Shown: positions 17,475 to 26,507, counted from the first letter of the stretch. The stretch: DNA of 27,730 nucleotides from Aestuariivirgaceae bacterium (GCA_028282065.1 JANQIR010000128.1:1-27730); one strand, 5' to 3'. Notes: generated by a model from the sequence alone, not told the origin. Numbers and translations are program-made.

Positions 17475-18065
17475 TCAGCGGTTCAGGGCGGCGACCAGCG
17501 CATTGACATTGCCATCGCGCTTTTTCAGGTATGTTTGGAAGATGCCGCGCTGCAGGTAGGTTAGCGAGAATCCGAGCACTTTGACGTCGACGATCCGGTA
17601 AGAACCGCGGCGTTTGGCGAGCTGCCAGACGACAGAATATTCCGAACCGGTTGCAAGTTTGACCCTAGAGTTGACAAGCACATCCTTGCCGCGTGGACGA
17701 ACGGCCGGATCAACGCTTGCGGCCACGACCTGGTACTTGCGGGATTGGTCGGCGAAGTAACGCGACATGAAGCGCCGGACGCCACGGTAGTACAGGCTGC
17801 GTTTGGAACGCTGCAGATCCGAGCGGTAGCGGCCCAGGGAGTATATGGCGATCGAGGGAACGTCGGCGCGCTTGTGAATCACGGCTGCAAAACTGGATAT
17901 GGTTCCGCGCCGTTGAGCGGCCATGAGGTCTCTGGCGGCCAGCTGCATATATCGCACGGCGGGGTGGGCTTTTTCAGCAGCAGTTGCCGAACCCGGCCCG
18001 GTTATCAGCAACATTCCCAGGGCCGCCAGCGCACACACAAAACTCTTAAACGTGTGATTGTTCAC
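17475..18065 (-). CDS. MlaC/Ttg2D-family (PF05494-like) periplasmic protein with signal peptide, very basic
   Basis: Signal peptide ALAALGMLLITGPGSATA. Block IAIYSLGRYRSDL...YY...F.RYF resembles the MlaC FALGRYW core. Paralogous to the next gene. Confidence 0.55.
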   Translation of the reverse strand: MNNHTFKSFVCALAALGMLLITGPGSATAAEKAHPAVRYMQLAARDLMAAQRRGTISSFAAVIHKRADVPSIAIYSLGRYRSDLQRSKRSLYYRGVRRFMSRYFADQSRKYQVVAASVDPAVRPRGKDVLVNSRVKLATGSEYSVVWQLAKRRGSYRIVDVKVLGFSLTYLQRGIFQTYLKKRDGNVNALVAALNR

Positions 18066-18177
18066 GAATCAGTTCCCAACAGATCTTCCGCAAGCGCTGA
18101 TTTCTACCGGTCAACCCCCCGTATCGTCAACGCCTGGCTCATCACAACAGCTTCAACCGCACTATTACACGCACGGT

Positions 18178-18792
18178 TCAGGCGGTGCGCAGATAGGCAA
18201 ACAAGGCGTCCATGTCGCCGCCGCTCCTATTGAGCAACTGGACGAATTGATCGCGCATGCGGATGCTCATCCAGATGCCGCGGATATTGACGTCTGCTAC
18301 ACGGTGTCTGCTGCCGCTGGAGCGCACACGCCAGACGACAGGGGTGGGGCGGGCTCCGGAATAGCGGATTTCACTGTTGATGGTCACCCATTTGCCTCTA
18401 ACCGATGAAGATTTGATGGCCAGTGCGGTGCCGGAAAAATCGTCGATATAGTACACAAACAAGCCGGCCACGTAGTCCAGCACAAGTTTGTAGTACTCGC
18501 TGCGACGCGCTGCGGGCAGTTTCTTGCGGTATTTTCCGAGAGAAAACCGCGCGATGGTGCGAATGTCCGAATGGCGTGACAACAGGTTGGTGAAGCGAGA
18601 TTTCAAAGCTCCGCCGCGCGTGGAACTGCGGGCCAGGGACATGACGTCATCGGCAATGCGGGTCACATATTTCTCCGGCCCGCTTAAGGCTTCAGCAGGT
18701 CCGATGCCGGCAATGGAGGTCAACGACGTTGCCAATAGCGCCATCAGCGCAATCCGCCGGGTGATGGCCTTGTTAGGAGTGGAAGTCACCAT
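18178..18792 (-). CDS. MlaC/Ttg2D-family periplasmic protein paralog with signal peptide
   Basis: Signal peptide IALMALLATSLTSIAG. IARFSLGKYRKKL...EYYKLVLDYVAGLFVYY. AAGGA SD upstream of the ATG. Confidence 0.55.
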   Translation of the reverse strand: MVTSTPNKAITRRIALMALLATSLTSIAGIGPAEALSGPEKYVTRIADDVMSLARSSTRGGALKSRFTNLLSRHSDIRTIARFSLGKYRKKLPAARRSEYYKLVLDYVAGLFVYYIDDFSGTALAIKSSSVRGKWVTINSEIRYSGARPTPVVWRVRSSGSRHRVADVNIRGIWMSIRMRDQFVQLLNRSGGDMDALFAYLRTA

Positions 18793-19086
18793 TGCATGTC
18801 CTTGTCATGTGTCTCGATTGCGACTTGATGGGGGCGTTAGTGTGGATTCAGCGCATGAGTGTGACGCAATTTTGATTAACAGAGATTTTTCGTCACATCC
18901 GGTTCATTTGGAGCATGATGTGTTGTTTGACGGCGACATCTGACAGACGCGCGATCCCCGCTCAACCCGTCGCGGGAGGTGTGGTGGGGCCCTGAATTGG
19001 ATCATCCTCTTGCCACGAGGGCAGATGTTGCAATACTTGGAATGTCGGGAAAATGTCAAAATCGTTCCGTGGGGCTGCGAGCATAA

Positions 19087-20052
19087 ATGCATCAATTGTT
19101 GTCGGGATTGCGCGCGGCTGGTGAAAGCAGCAGGTTGAGACTGTTGTTTATACTGTCGTTCGGTGAATTCAATGTTACCGAACTGACGCAGATTCTTGGC
19201 CAGAGCCAACCCCGCGTCAGCCGGCATCTTAAGCTGATGAGCGATGCTGGACTGCTTGAGCGCTTCAAGGAAGGAAGCTGGGTGCTGTTTCGCCTGCGCG
19301 CCGATGGCGATGCCGGCGCGCTCGGTGCGATGATTGCCAAGTTGTTGGACCGGGATGACCCGGTGCTGCGTAGCGATCTGTCGCGGCTCAGGCAGGTCAT
19401 AGACGCGCGCAAGCAGGCGGCGGACGCTTATTTCACCGCCAATGCCGTCAATTGGGACAAGATCCGTTCGTTACATGTGTCGGAAAGCAAGGTCGAAACA
19501 GCCATGATGGAAATGGCCGGCGATGCGAAGCCTGCATTCTACCTCGACCTTGGGACAGGTACCGGCCGGATTTTGGCGTTGCTCGCCGGCCGGGCGGAGC
19601 AGGCGGCCGGCCTCGACACAAGTCTTGCGATGCTGTCCATTGCACGCGCCCGGGTGGAGGCGGCCGGCTTGAAAAACACACAGGTGCGCCAGGGCGATAT
19701 TTATTCGCTGCCCTATCGTGATGAAGTTTCAGATCTGATCACGGTGCATCAGGTGTTGCACTTTCTTGATGATCCGGGTCGTGCATTGGAAGAAGCCGCA
19801 CGTGTCTTGAAGCCTTCCGGGCGGCTGTTGATAGTTGATTTCAGCCCGCATGACCTGGAATTCCTGCGTGAGGAGCATGCGCACCGCAGGCTCGGGCTGT
19901 CTGATGAAGCGGTGTCGATCTGGCTGGAACGCGCCGGTCTGGATTTGAAGGAACAGCGCAAGCTTGAGACAGACCAGGGCCACGATGACCACAAGCTCAC
20001 CGTTTCCCTCTGGCATGCGCAAAAGCCGGAAAGACGGGCACGTGCAGCGTGA
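19087..20052 (+). CDS. ArsR/SmtB-family HTH regulator fused to a class-I SAM-dependent methyltransferase
   Basis: N-terminal LRLLFIL..EFNVTELTQILGQSQPRVSRHLKLM (ArsR HTH). Then DLGTGTGR (SAM motif I) and LKPSGRLLIVDF (post-I/II). Confidence 0.8.
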   Translation: MHQLLSGLRAAGESSRLRLLFILSFGEFNVTELTQILGQSQPRVSRHLKLMSDAGLLERFKEGSWVLFRLRADGDAGALGAMIAKLLDRDDPVLRSDLSRLRQVIDARKQAADAYFTANAVNWDKIRSLHVSESKVETAMMEMAGDAKPAFYLDLGTGTGRILALLAGRAEQAAGLDTSLAMLSIARARVEAAGLKNTQVRQGDIYSLPYRDEVSDLITVHQVLHFLDDPGRALEEAARVLKPSGRLLIVDFSPHDLEFLREEHAHRRLGLSDEAVSIWLERAGLDLKEQRKLETDQGHDDHKLTVSLWHAQKPERRARAA

Positions 20053-20058
20053 CCGCTT

Positions 20059-20685
20059 TTACCAGAGCTTGTGCCACTCGTTGATGTGTTTGACGGCCGG
20101 GCGCTGCCTGATTTGAGTGCAGACCGCCGAGATGCGCGGGCACTGCGGCTGCAGCTCAGCCTGCGCGGGATGCCAGCTGGCAAGCATCAACAGATATATG
20201 TCGGCCGCAGACGGTTGTTCGCCTGCCAGAAAGGGTGTTTCAGACAATCGGCGCTCGATAATGCTAAGGTAGCTGTCGATTTCCTGCCGGGCCAAGTCAC
20301 GCAGGCCTGGGTGTGCCTTGACGGCGGATGGATAGACGTTGGCATGATAGACACGCAGTCCCGCGCCATACAGGTTCACGGCCATGAAGGTCATCCAATG
20401 CAGATAATCTGCCCGCGCCGGATCTTGCTGCCGTGGGGCGAGGCCGCACTGGGGGAATGTATCGGCAAGCCAGATCACCATGGCTGCGGATTCCGTCATC
20501 AGCGCACCATCGGGACGTATAAGGACCGGCACTTGCGCCAGCGGGTTGAGGGCCCTGAAGGCGCTGGTGAGGTGCTCGCCGGCCTGCAGGTCCACGTTTT
20601 CCAGCGTGTAGGTCGCTCCAGCTTCCTCAAGTATGGCATGAGGTGCGAAACCGCCTGTCTTCCTGGCCGTGTAGAGTGTGAACAT
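20059..20685 (-). CDS. Glutathione S-transferase
   Basis: N-terminal thioredoxin-like GST fold with NPLAQVPVL (cis-Pro loop) plus an alpha-helical C-domain; 208 aa. Confidence 0.8.
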   Translation of the reverse strand: MFTLYTARKTGGFAPHAILEEAGATYTLENVDLQAGEHLTSAFRALNPLAQVPVLIRPDGALMTESAAMVIWLADTFPQCGLAPRQQDPARADYLHWMTFMAVNLYGAGLRVYHANVYPSAVKAHPGLRDLARQEIDSYLSIIERRLSETPFLAGEQPSAADIYLLMLASWHPAQAELQPQCPRISAVCTQIRQRPAVKHINEWHKLW

Positions 20686-20694
20686 CGCCGGATC

Positions 20695-21612
20695 TCACGC
20701 GGTCTTGCGCTTGTCCAGCGCCGGCCAGATCAGCACGCAAAACAAGGCACTGCATATGAGAAGCAGGGAGATGAATTCACTGGCGCCGACAGGCTCGCCC
20801 AGGATCAGTGCGCTTGAATAAACACCGACGATCGGGACTGCCATGGTGCCGATCGCCGCGATGGAAGCGGGAAACAATCTGACCGTCTTAAAATAGGCCC
20901 ACTGGCAGAAAATCATCGGAAACACAAACAGATATGCCAAAGCGATGATTGCCGGCCTGGACAGTTCGGTGAGGTCCGGGACCGGCTCTGTCAGAACCGC
21001 AACAATGGTGATGGGCACTGCGGCGGCCAGCAGTTGCCAGCCGATATTGGCGGATACGGGTGTCTGCCAGTCGAACTTCTTGAACAAGACGGTGCCGATG
21101 GCCCAGCTGATTGCCGCCATCAGCATGAAGACTGCGCCCAGGGGTGCAGCATTCAGGATCAAGAGGTCTTCGCCAATGAGTACGGCAAGACTGGCAATGC
21201 CCAATGTCAGGCCGATCAGTTTGGCGCGGGTCAGAGGCTCGCCGATCAGCATTGACCCTAGCAGGGCGGCCCAGACCGGCATGGTGAACGCAATGATGGA
21301 TGCGCGGCCTGCCGGCATAATCTGCACACCGTATGCTGAAAACAGGTGCCAGCCCATGATGTTGAAAACTGCGCACAGAAGCAGGAGCGGGATCTGGTGG
21401 GCCGGTACTTTCAGCGAGGTCCCTGACATCGCTGCAATGATCAAAAGGCCGCCGCCTCCGGCGGTCAGGCACATCGACCGGAACCACCATACCGGCACTT
21501 CGGCAAGCGCAATCTTCATGCCGGGCCAGTTGGCGCCCCAGAACAATGTCACGCCGGCCAGCAGAAAAAACCCGGCGACAGGCAGGTGTGTGCCGCGGTG
21601 CGTGTCGGCCAC
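20695..21612 (-). CDS. DMT-superfamily (EamA-like) transporter, 10 TM
   Basis: 305 aa, two EamA-like 5-TM halves, hydrophobic throughout. Lies 9 nt from the GST gene on the same strand. Confidence 0.8.
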   Translation of the reverse strand: MADTHRGTHLPVAGFFLLAGVTLFWGANWPGMKIALAEVPVWWFRSMCLTAGGGGLLIIAAMSGTSLKVPAHQIPLLLLCAVFNIMGWHLFSAYGVQIMPAGRASIIAFTMPVWAALLGSMLIGEPLTRAKLIGLTLGIASLAVLIGEDLLILNAAPLGAVFMLMAAISWAIGTVLFKKFDWQTPVSANIGWQLLAAAVPITIVAVLTEPVPDLTELSRPAIIALAYLFVFPMIFCQWAYFKTVRLFPASIAAIGTMAVPIVGVYSSALILGEPVGASEFISLLLICSALFCVLIWPALDKRKTA

Positions 21613-21744
21613 TGAGAGTCCTTCGAGTAGGAATATGCTGAATGATAAGCTCTAGACGACTTGGACCAGGCCGGATGCCGTGTCAAGTGGCTTGCCCGTT
21701 ACGATGCGGTGCGGGCGTATCAGCCTTCACAGCCGAAGAAACGG

Positions 21745-22986
21745 CTATTTCACAAGGGCTACCCGGCCGCCGGTCAGCCCGGCCGGGGCCGGGACGTCCG
21801 TGTCGGAATAATTCGCATTGAGGATCAGGTTGGGCTGTTCCAGCAGGTGGATATCTGATGCGACGATTATCGTGAATGCGGAGTTGCCGGCCACGGGAGA
21901 CTTTGAATCGACCAGCAAGATGCCGCGAGGAAGGTAGAAGGTGCCCAGCAAAGTGTGCGCATTGTTGCTGCTGATGCGGTGTTTGCGTCCCTGGCTGACC
22001 GACCGGCTTTCAAAGAACAGTATTCCCGCCATTGCACCATCAACGGGCGCGGTTAGGTCGATAGACGTGTTTTCGGTGAATTCGAATATCACGTTGTCGT
22101 CCGCCAGGTAAAACCCGACGCCGGAACCGGAGACTTTCGCTTCGTCCTGAACTTCGAGCTTTTTGTCCTTTATAACGTAGATGCCAGGGGAGAATGTGAC
22201 ATCCGCGTTGCCGGCTATCTTGATTCCATTGCAATAAACGCCCGGGGACAGTGTTCGCACTTCGTCCTTGATTTCCGTGTTGTTGAAATTGCAGCCGGCT
22301 GATCCGGGCTCTGGCCTGCTGGCCATCGGATCGTCCATTTTCGGGCAATCGGTGGTTGGCGACGGCGCATAAGCCTTGTTGCCACCTGAGGTGCCACCAG
22401 CAGAGCAAATCAGGGAAGCTGAGATAAGCCCGTTTGCATCGACGCGAATCCCGTCGCTCTTGGTAGAATTTGCATAGACCGCACAGTTTTTGCCGGTCAA
22501 AACCGCGTCGTGATCCAGATGTATGGCTTTGGAGTCGATTTCGTTCAACCCCAACACACAAATGTTGGCGGAACTTGCTATGACCGCTTCGGCGGTCACA
22601 TTGATCGGCGTTACCTTGTTGGAGAACAGGTGGGCAAAGAAGGGTGTCCACTTGAGCTGCAGATCCACCACGACGCCGGAAAACTTGCCGACCACGGTTG
22701 TCTTTGCGGACAGTCCGGTCAGGCCTTCTGAGTTCGTTTTGACAAAAGTGTCTGCAACTGACTCGATGATGGCAGGGTTCAGATTGGCAATTGGGATTTC
22801 ACGCGCTGCCGCAACGGCAGCGGCGTCGGCCATGGATTGCAAGTTCGCGCGGTGACCGGTCATCATCGCATAATCGATGGCCAGCCCAGCGAGCATGGCA
22901 AGGGCCGGTCCGGTCAGTCCGAACGTCACTGCAACGCCGCCGCGAGGGCAGCAGAAGAACTTTTTCAATTTTACCCCGGTCGCCAA
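21745..22986 (-). CDS. TadG/TadE-like Flp-pilus assembly protein (N-terminal TadE-like membrane segment plus large periplasmic domain)
   Basis: RGGVAVTFGLTGPALAMLAGLAIDYA matches the TadE-like N-terminal motif. Probable TTG start at 22986 with GAAGGTGA upstream. The track ORF continues to 23298 through AT-rich, non-coding-looking sequence. Confidence 0.55.
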   Translation of the reverse strand: MATGVKLKKFFCCPRGGVAVTFGLTGPALAMLAGLAIDYAMMTGHRANLQSMADAAAVAAAREIPIANLNPAIIESVADTFVKTNSEGLTGLSAKTTVVGKFSGVVVDLQLKWTPFFAHLFSNKVTPINVTAEAVIASSANICVLGLNEIDSKAIHLDHDAVLTGKNCAVYANSTKSDGIRVDANGLISASLICSAGGTSGGNKAYAPSPTTDCPKMDDPMASRPEPGSAGCNFNNTEIKDEVRTLSPGVYCNGIKIAGNADVTFSPGIYVIKDKKLEVQDEAKVSGSGVGFYLADDNVIFEFTENTSIDLTAPVDGAMAGILFFESRSVSQGRKHRISSNNAHTLLGTFYLPRGILLVDSKSPVAGNSAFTIIVASDIHLLEQPNLILNANYSDTDVPAPAGLTGGRVALVK

Positions 22987-23401
22987 GGTATCACCTTCTA
23001 GATATGAGTTTATCTCGGCATACGGCAATTTTGCCGTCAAAATCTCAAAATTTGGTTGGAAAATTGATTGCAATTTTATGTAGTTTGGCGGGGGATGAAC
23101 TTGAGGCGTGTTTGGCCTTTCAGGATGTATTTTGTCGATCTTGCGAAATAAATCTTCCATAACATTTGAGTTTTGTGTTGCAATGCACAATGAATTCATG
23201 TAATCAGCTCGGCCCCGGACAGATGTTGTCCGAGCCCTGTTCGGCAAGAAGTTCATAGTACTTCGATGGCGCACGGTCCTTTGGGCTGGTGTGTACATGG
23301 GCCGGAAGCAACGCTGACCGGGTGGTGATAGGCGAAGCCGCTGGAGGCGGAGGCCGGAGAGGGCCGTTTGGGTTCGATTCCCATAAATTGTCTGTCACCA
23401 A

Positions 23402-23474
23402 AACGATGTAGCTCATTGGGTAGAGCAACAGGCTTAGAACCTGTCGGTAGGAGGTTCGATTCCTCCCATCCCGC
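23402..23474 (+). tRNA. tRNA-like element, probably a pseudo-tRNA. It has 73-nt class-I geometry and anticodon UAG, and the top 3 bp of the acceptor stem are unpaired.
   Basis: Hand-folded. D arm GCTC/ATTGGGTA/GAGC. Anticodon arm ACAGG/CTTAGAA/CCTGT. Variable loop CGGTA. T arm GGAGG/TTCGATT/CCTCC. Acceptor 5' AACGATG vs 3' CATCCCG gives only 4/7 pairs. A UAG (Leu) anticodon is incompatible with the short variable arm. Confidence 0.4.
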
Positions 23475-23872
23475 GATACGTGATTTGCCACGTCACGCAA
23501 GGGGCGCACGCCCTTAAAGACCGGCTCCCTGGCGTGAGCCGGGCAGCGGTGCCGTCCAACCTGCTTCAGTCTTACTGGAGCGGGAAGGATCAATCCGCGG
23601 CCACGCAGACGGTGGCCAGTGTACCGGAGTGCTTGCCGGGATTGCGCTCTTGGGCCAGCCGGTAGCCTGACGACTGGAGCTTTTGGGCCTGTGGGTTCTG
23701 AGCTGCGGTTGCCGGATATCGTTTCGCTCTTGGTGCCCGATCCGGCAAACCGGTACCCGCGGCCGGCTGTGTTCTGGTTTCATGCCAGGGGGTCACAATG
23801 GTTTTTGAAGCTTGAAAGAAAGGAAAGCCACAGCAATGCGATAGCGACGCTGACGTGCCTGGAAGGAGAGTC

Positions 23873-25036
23873 ATGATGACACAGAATAGAAACTACCTGC
23901 TCTGGCAGACGATTGTCGTGCCTGAGACAGAGCGCGTACTGATGACCCGCAACGGACGGTTCGAGACCATTTTGTTGCCAGGCAGGCATCGTTACTGGAC
24001 CGGTGTGGACCGAATCGACACGGAAGTGCATAGCCTGACATGGCCCTATTTCGTGTCCGAGTACGATAAAGCGTTGTTCCGCGAGCGTGGCGACCTGGCA
24101 TCCCGGCATCTTGTCGAGTTGCGGACCGGGCCTGAGGAAATGGCTGTCATCTATCTCGATGGCAAACTGTTCGGCGTACAAGAGCCCGACAGCAGGACAG
24201 TGCTGTGGGCGGATGCTGGGCCTTTCGAGTTTCAGCACTTCGACGCAACAAAGAGCCTTGAGGTTCCTGCGGAACTGGCCGGGCGGATTGTGGCGGCTGG
24301 TGCCAGCAACGGTGTGAAGCGTTTCAACGTGGAGCATGGCCAGACCGGCCTGCTCTATATTGATAATGTGCTTGAACGCGAGCTTGCGCCCGGTGTTCAC
24401 ACGTTCTGGAATGCGGGACGGCAGGTTGCGGTCAAGCTGATCGACATGCGCGAGCATGTGCTCGATGTTGGCGGTCAGGAGATTCTGACTCGCGACCGTG
24501 TGTCGATCCGTGTCAATCTTGCAGCCAAGTACCGGGTGCGCGATGCGCGCAAGGCGGTGACTGTCTGTAAGGATTTCGCTGAGGCGCTGTACCGGGCTTT
24601 GCAGCATGCTTTCCGGGTATCGCTCGGCACCAAGACGCTGGATGAGATCCTGGCCAACAAGGTTGCCGTCGACGCCGAAGCGGCGGAAACCGTACGTGCG
24701 CAGATGGCCGAGGCTGGTGTTGAGGTTGGTGATATTGCGGTCAAGGACGTGATCTTACCCGGCGACATGCGCGATATCCTGAACCGCGTCGTGCAGGCGG
24801 AGAAGGAGGCGGAAGCCAACATCATCCGCCGGCGCGAGGAAACCGCCGCGACCCGGGCGTTGCTCAACACGGCGCGTGTCATGCAGGACAATCCCGTTAT
24901 GCTGCGTCTGAAAGAGCTGGAAGCGCTTGAAGCCATTGCCGACAAGGTCCAGACCCTGACGGTTCACAACGGAACCAGGGGACTGTTGGAAGACATTGTC
25001 AGTATGCGCGGTAATGGCGAGGCCGCCGTTGAGTAG
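23873..25036 (+). CDS. SPFH/band-7 (stomatin/prohibitin-like) domain protein without an N-terminal TM, with apparent tandem SPFH-like N-lobes
   Basis: LDVGGQEILTRDRVSIRVNLAAKYRV and a downstream Ala/Glu-rich coiled coil, typical of SPFH. GGAGAG SD then ATGATG at 23873. The track start 23855 lies upstream of the SD. Confidence 0.8.
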   Translation: MMTQNRNYLLWQTIVVPETERVLMTRNGRFETILLPGRHRYWTGVDRIDTEVHSLTWPYFVSEYDKALFRERGDLASRHLVELRTGPEEMAVIYLDGKLFGVQEPDSRTVLWADAGPFEFQHFDATKSLEVPAELAGRIVAAGASNGVKRFNVEHGQTGLLYIDNVLERELAPGVHTFWNAGRQVAVKLIDMREHVLDVGGQEILTRDRVSIRVNLAAKYRVRDARKAVTVCKDFAEALYRALQHAFRVSLGTKTLDEILANKVAVDAEAAETVRAQMAEAGVEVGDIAVKDVILPGDMRDILNRVVQAEKEAEANIIRRREETAATRALLNTARVMQDNPVMLRLKELEALEAIADKVQTLTVHNGTRGLLEDIVSMRGNGEAAVE

Positions 25037-25044
25037 CAAAACAG

Positions 25045-25082
25045 CCGGTGTCCGGTTCGTCCGGGCACCGGTCCTTTGCTTT
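25045..25082. terminator. Bidirectional intrinsic terminator between convergent genes (CCGGTGTCCGG-ttcgt-CCGGGCACCGG with T-rich tracts on both sides)
   Basis: 11-bp stem with one G-U pair. TCCTTTGCTTT follows on the plus strand, and CTGTTTTGCT follows on the minus strand. Confidence 0.55.
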
Positions 25083-25108
25083 AAGCGTTCAACCTGCCGG
25101 TGGCTCTG

Positions 25109-25444
25109 TCACGGAAAGACCGCCACGGTGCTGATCAGTTCGTAGCGGTCGCCGTCGGTTTCCACGCATCGATCCGTACCGATCAGGCTGACGCGCTTTG
25201 CGCGATACATGGCCGCGCGCAAGGTTTCGGCTATGAACTTGCTGCGTGTGTTGCTGATTTTCAGCACTTTGCCCGATTGGGTGGCACAGCCTGCCTTGTC
25301 GGGGTCGTCTGCCAGATAGACGATAACCAGCTTTTCGTCGTCAACCTGCATGATCATGCGGGCGACCACGCCACGGTCGTTCTCGGCATAGGCGGTGGCG
25401 GTTGCTGCGAGCATGAGGCAAGCGGGTACGGTCGTTCTCAACAC
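25109..25444 (-). CDS. Hypothetical small secreted protein (signal peptide with AYA-EN cleavage site)
   Basis: 111 aa with GTG start. N-terminus MLRTTVPACLMLAATATAYA. The overlapping plus-strand ORF 25100..25525 looks like a shadow (Gly/Cys/His-rich, poor codon usage). Confidence 0.45.
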   Translation of the reverse strand: MLRTTVPACLMLAATATAYAENDRGVVARMIMQVDDEKLVIVYLADDPDKAGCATQSGKVLKISNTRSKFIAETLRAAMYRAKRVSLIGTDRCVETDGDRYELISTVAVFP

Positions 25445-25557
25445 CTGCGCTGGTTCCCTTGTGACTGCGTTCGTGTTCTGAAAGCTAACAGACCGGGTTA
25501 CGTAGCGGCAAGGCTGCGCGAGTGATTTTCCCTGGCGGGGAAGCTTTGCACAAGGGT

Positions 25558-26499
25558 ATGGTTGGTCATCCTCAGGTGTCCAAAATGTCCTTTGCCTCGC
25601 AAGCCGTTGCCAAGTCCGCGCTCAGTTACCGCCAGGGTGTTCTGCTGGTGCTTTTGGCGGGCGCGTGCTGGTCGTCGATGGGCATCGGCATCAAGCTGAT
25701 GACGCAGGCCAATGTCTGGCAGATCCTGTTCTACCGGTCTGTTGCACTTGCACCGTTTCTGCTCGTGATCATCGCTTTGAGGTCGCGTGGCCGGCCGCTG
25801 GAGACCATCCGCAATGTCGGGATTGCCGGTGTGTTGGGCGGTTTCGGCCTGGTGTTTGCCTTTGCCGGCGGGATCTTTGCGATCCAGACGACGACGGTTG
25901 CCAACGCCATGTTTCTGTTTGCGGCAGCGCCGTTCTTTGCGGCATTGCTTGGCCGTTTTCTGTTGGGCGAAAGCGTGCGCATGGCGACCTGGATTGCCAT
26001 GGTGGTCGCCGGTGTCGGCATCGCTATTATGGTTGCTGAGGGGATTTCGCTTGGCCGTGCGCAGGGCAACATAGCGGCTTTGCTGGCGGCATTCGGTTTT
26101 GCCTCGTTTGCCGTAGCGTTGCGCTGGAAGAAACTGGAAGACATGATGCCGGCCGTCTTCCTTGGCGGGGTCTTTTCAATTGCGGTGGCGGGTGTGGCTT
26201 GTATGTGGGGCGGATATGGATTTGCCGTGCCGGCCCGGGACCTTTTGATCGCGCTGGCGCTTGGAGTTTTCCAAGTTGGTGCCGGCCTGACGATCTTCAC
26301 CATCGGGTCGAAATCGGTCCCTGCAGCGGAACTCGCTCTTTTGTCTATGTCCGAGGTGGTGCTGGCGCCGATCTGGGTCTGGATCTTTCTCGGCGAAACA
26401 GTGGGTATATACACGCTGACCGGTGGTGCCATCGTGATGGCGGCGATTGCCGGGAATGCGGTCTCCGGTTTGAGGCGAAGACCGCCGCCCGTTATGTGA
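25558..26499 (+). CDS. DMT-superfamily (EamA-like) transporter, 10 TM
   Basis: Two EamA-type halves. ATG at 25558 or 25585; the track start is a GTG at 25522. Confidence 0.8.
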   Translation: MVGHPQVSKMSFASQAVAKSALSYRQGVLLVLLAGACWSSMGIGIKLMTQANVWQILFYRSVALAPFLLVIIALRSRGRPLETIRNVGIAGVLGGFGLVFAFAGGIFAIQTTTVANAMFLFAAAPFFAALLGRFLLGESVRMATWIAMVVAGVGIAIMVAEGISLGRAQGNIAALLAAFGFASFAVALRWKKLEDMMPAVFLGGVFSIAVAGVACMWGGYGFAVPARDLLIALALGVFQVGAGLTIFTIGSKSVPAAELALLSMSEVVLAPIWVWIFLGETVGIYTLTGGAIVMAAIAGNAVSGLRRRPPPVM

Positions 26500-26507
26500 G
26501 TGTTCCT

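Noticed and set aside
23204-23593. 129-aa minus-strand ORF spanning the tRNA-like element
   Set aside because: Crosses a structured RNA-like region and AT-rich intergenic DNA. Pro/Arg-rich, no SD, implausible as a gene.
23361-23800. Possibility that the duplicated GGTTCGATTCC plus downstream region is a permuted two-piece alphaproteobacterial tmRNA (ssrA)
   Set aside because: The ACCA at 23397-23400 is 14 nt, not 7+1, beyond the upstream T-stem. No tag-peptide reading frame (ANDN...AA) is discernible downstream. A complete anticodon arm is present, which tmRNA lacks.
23780-24607. 275-aa minus-strand ORF
   Set aside because: Antisense to the SPFH gene; no motifs, Arg/His/Cys-rich shadow composition.
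25731-26432. 233-aa minus-strand ORF
   Set aside because: Antisense to the EamA transporter gene 25558..26499; Ala/Pro/Arg-rich shadow.
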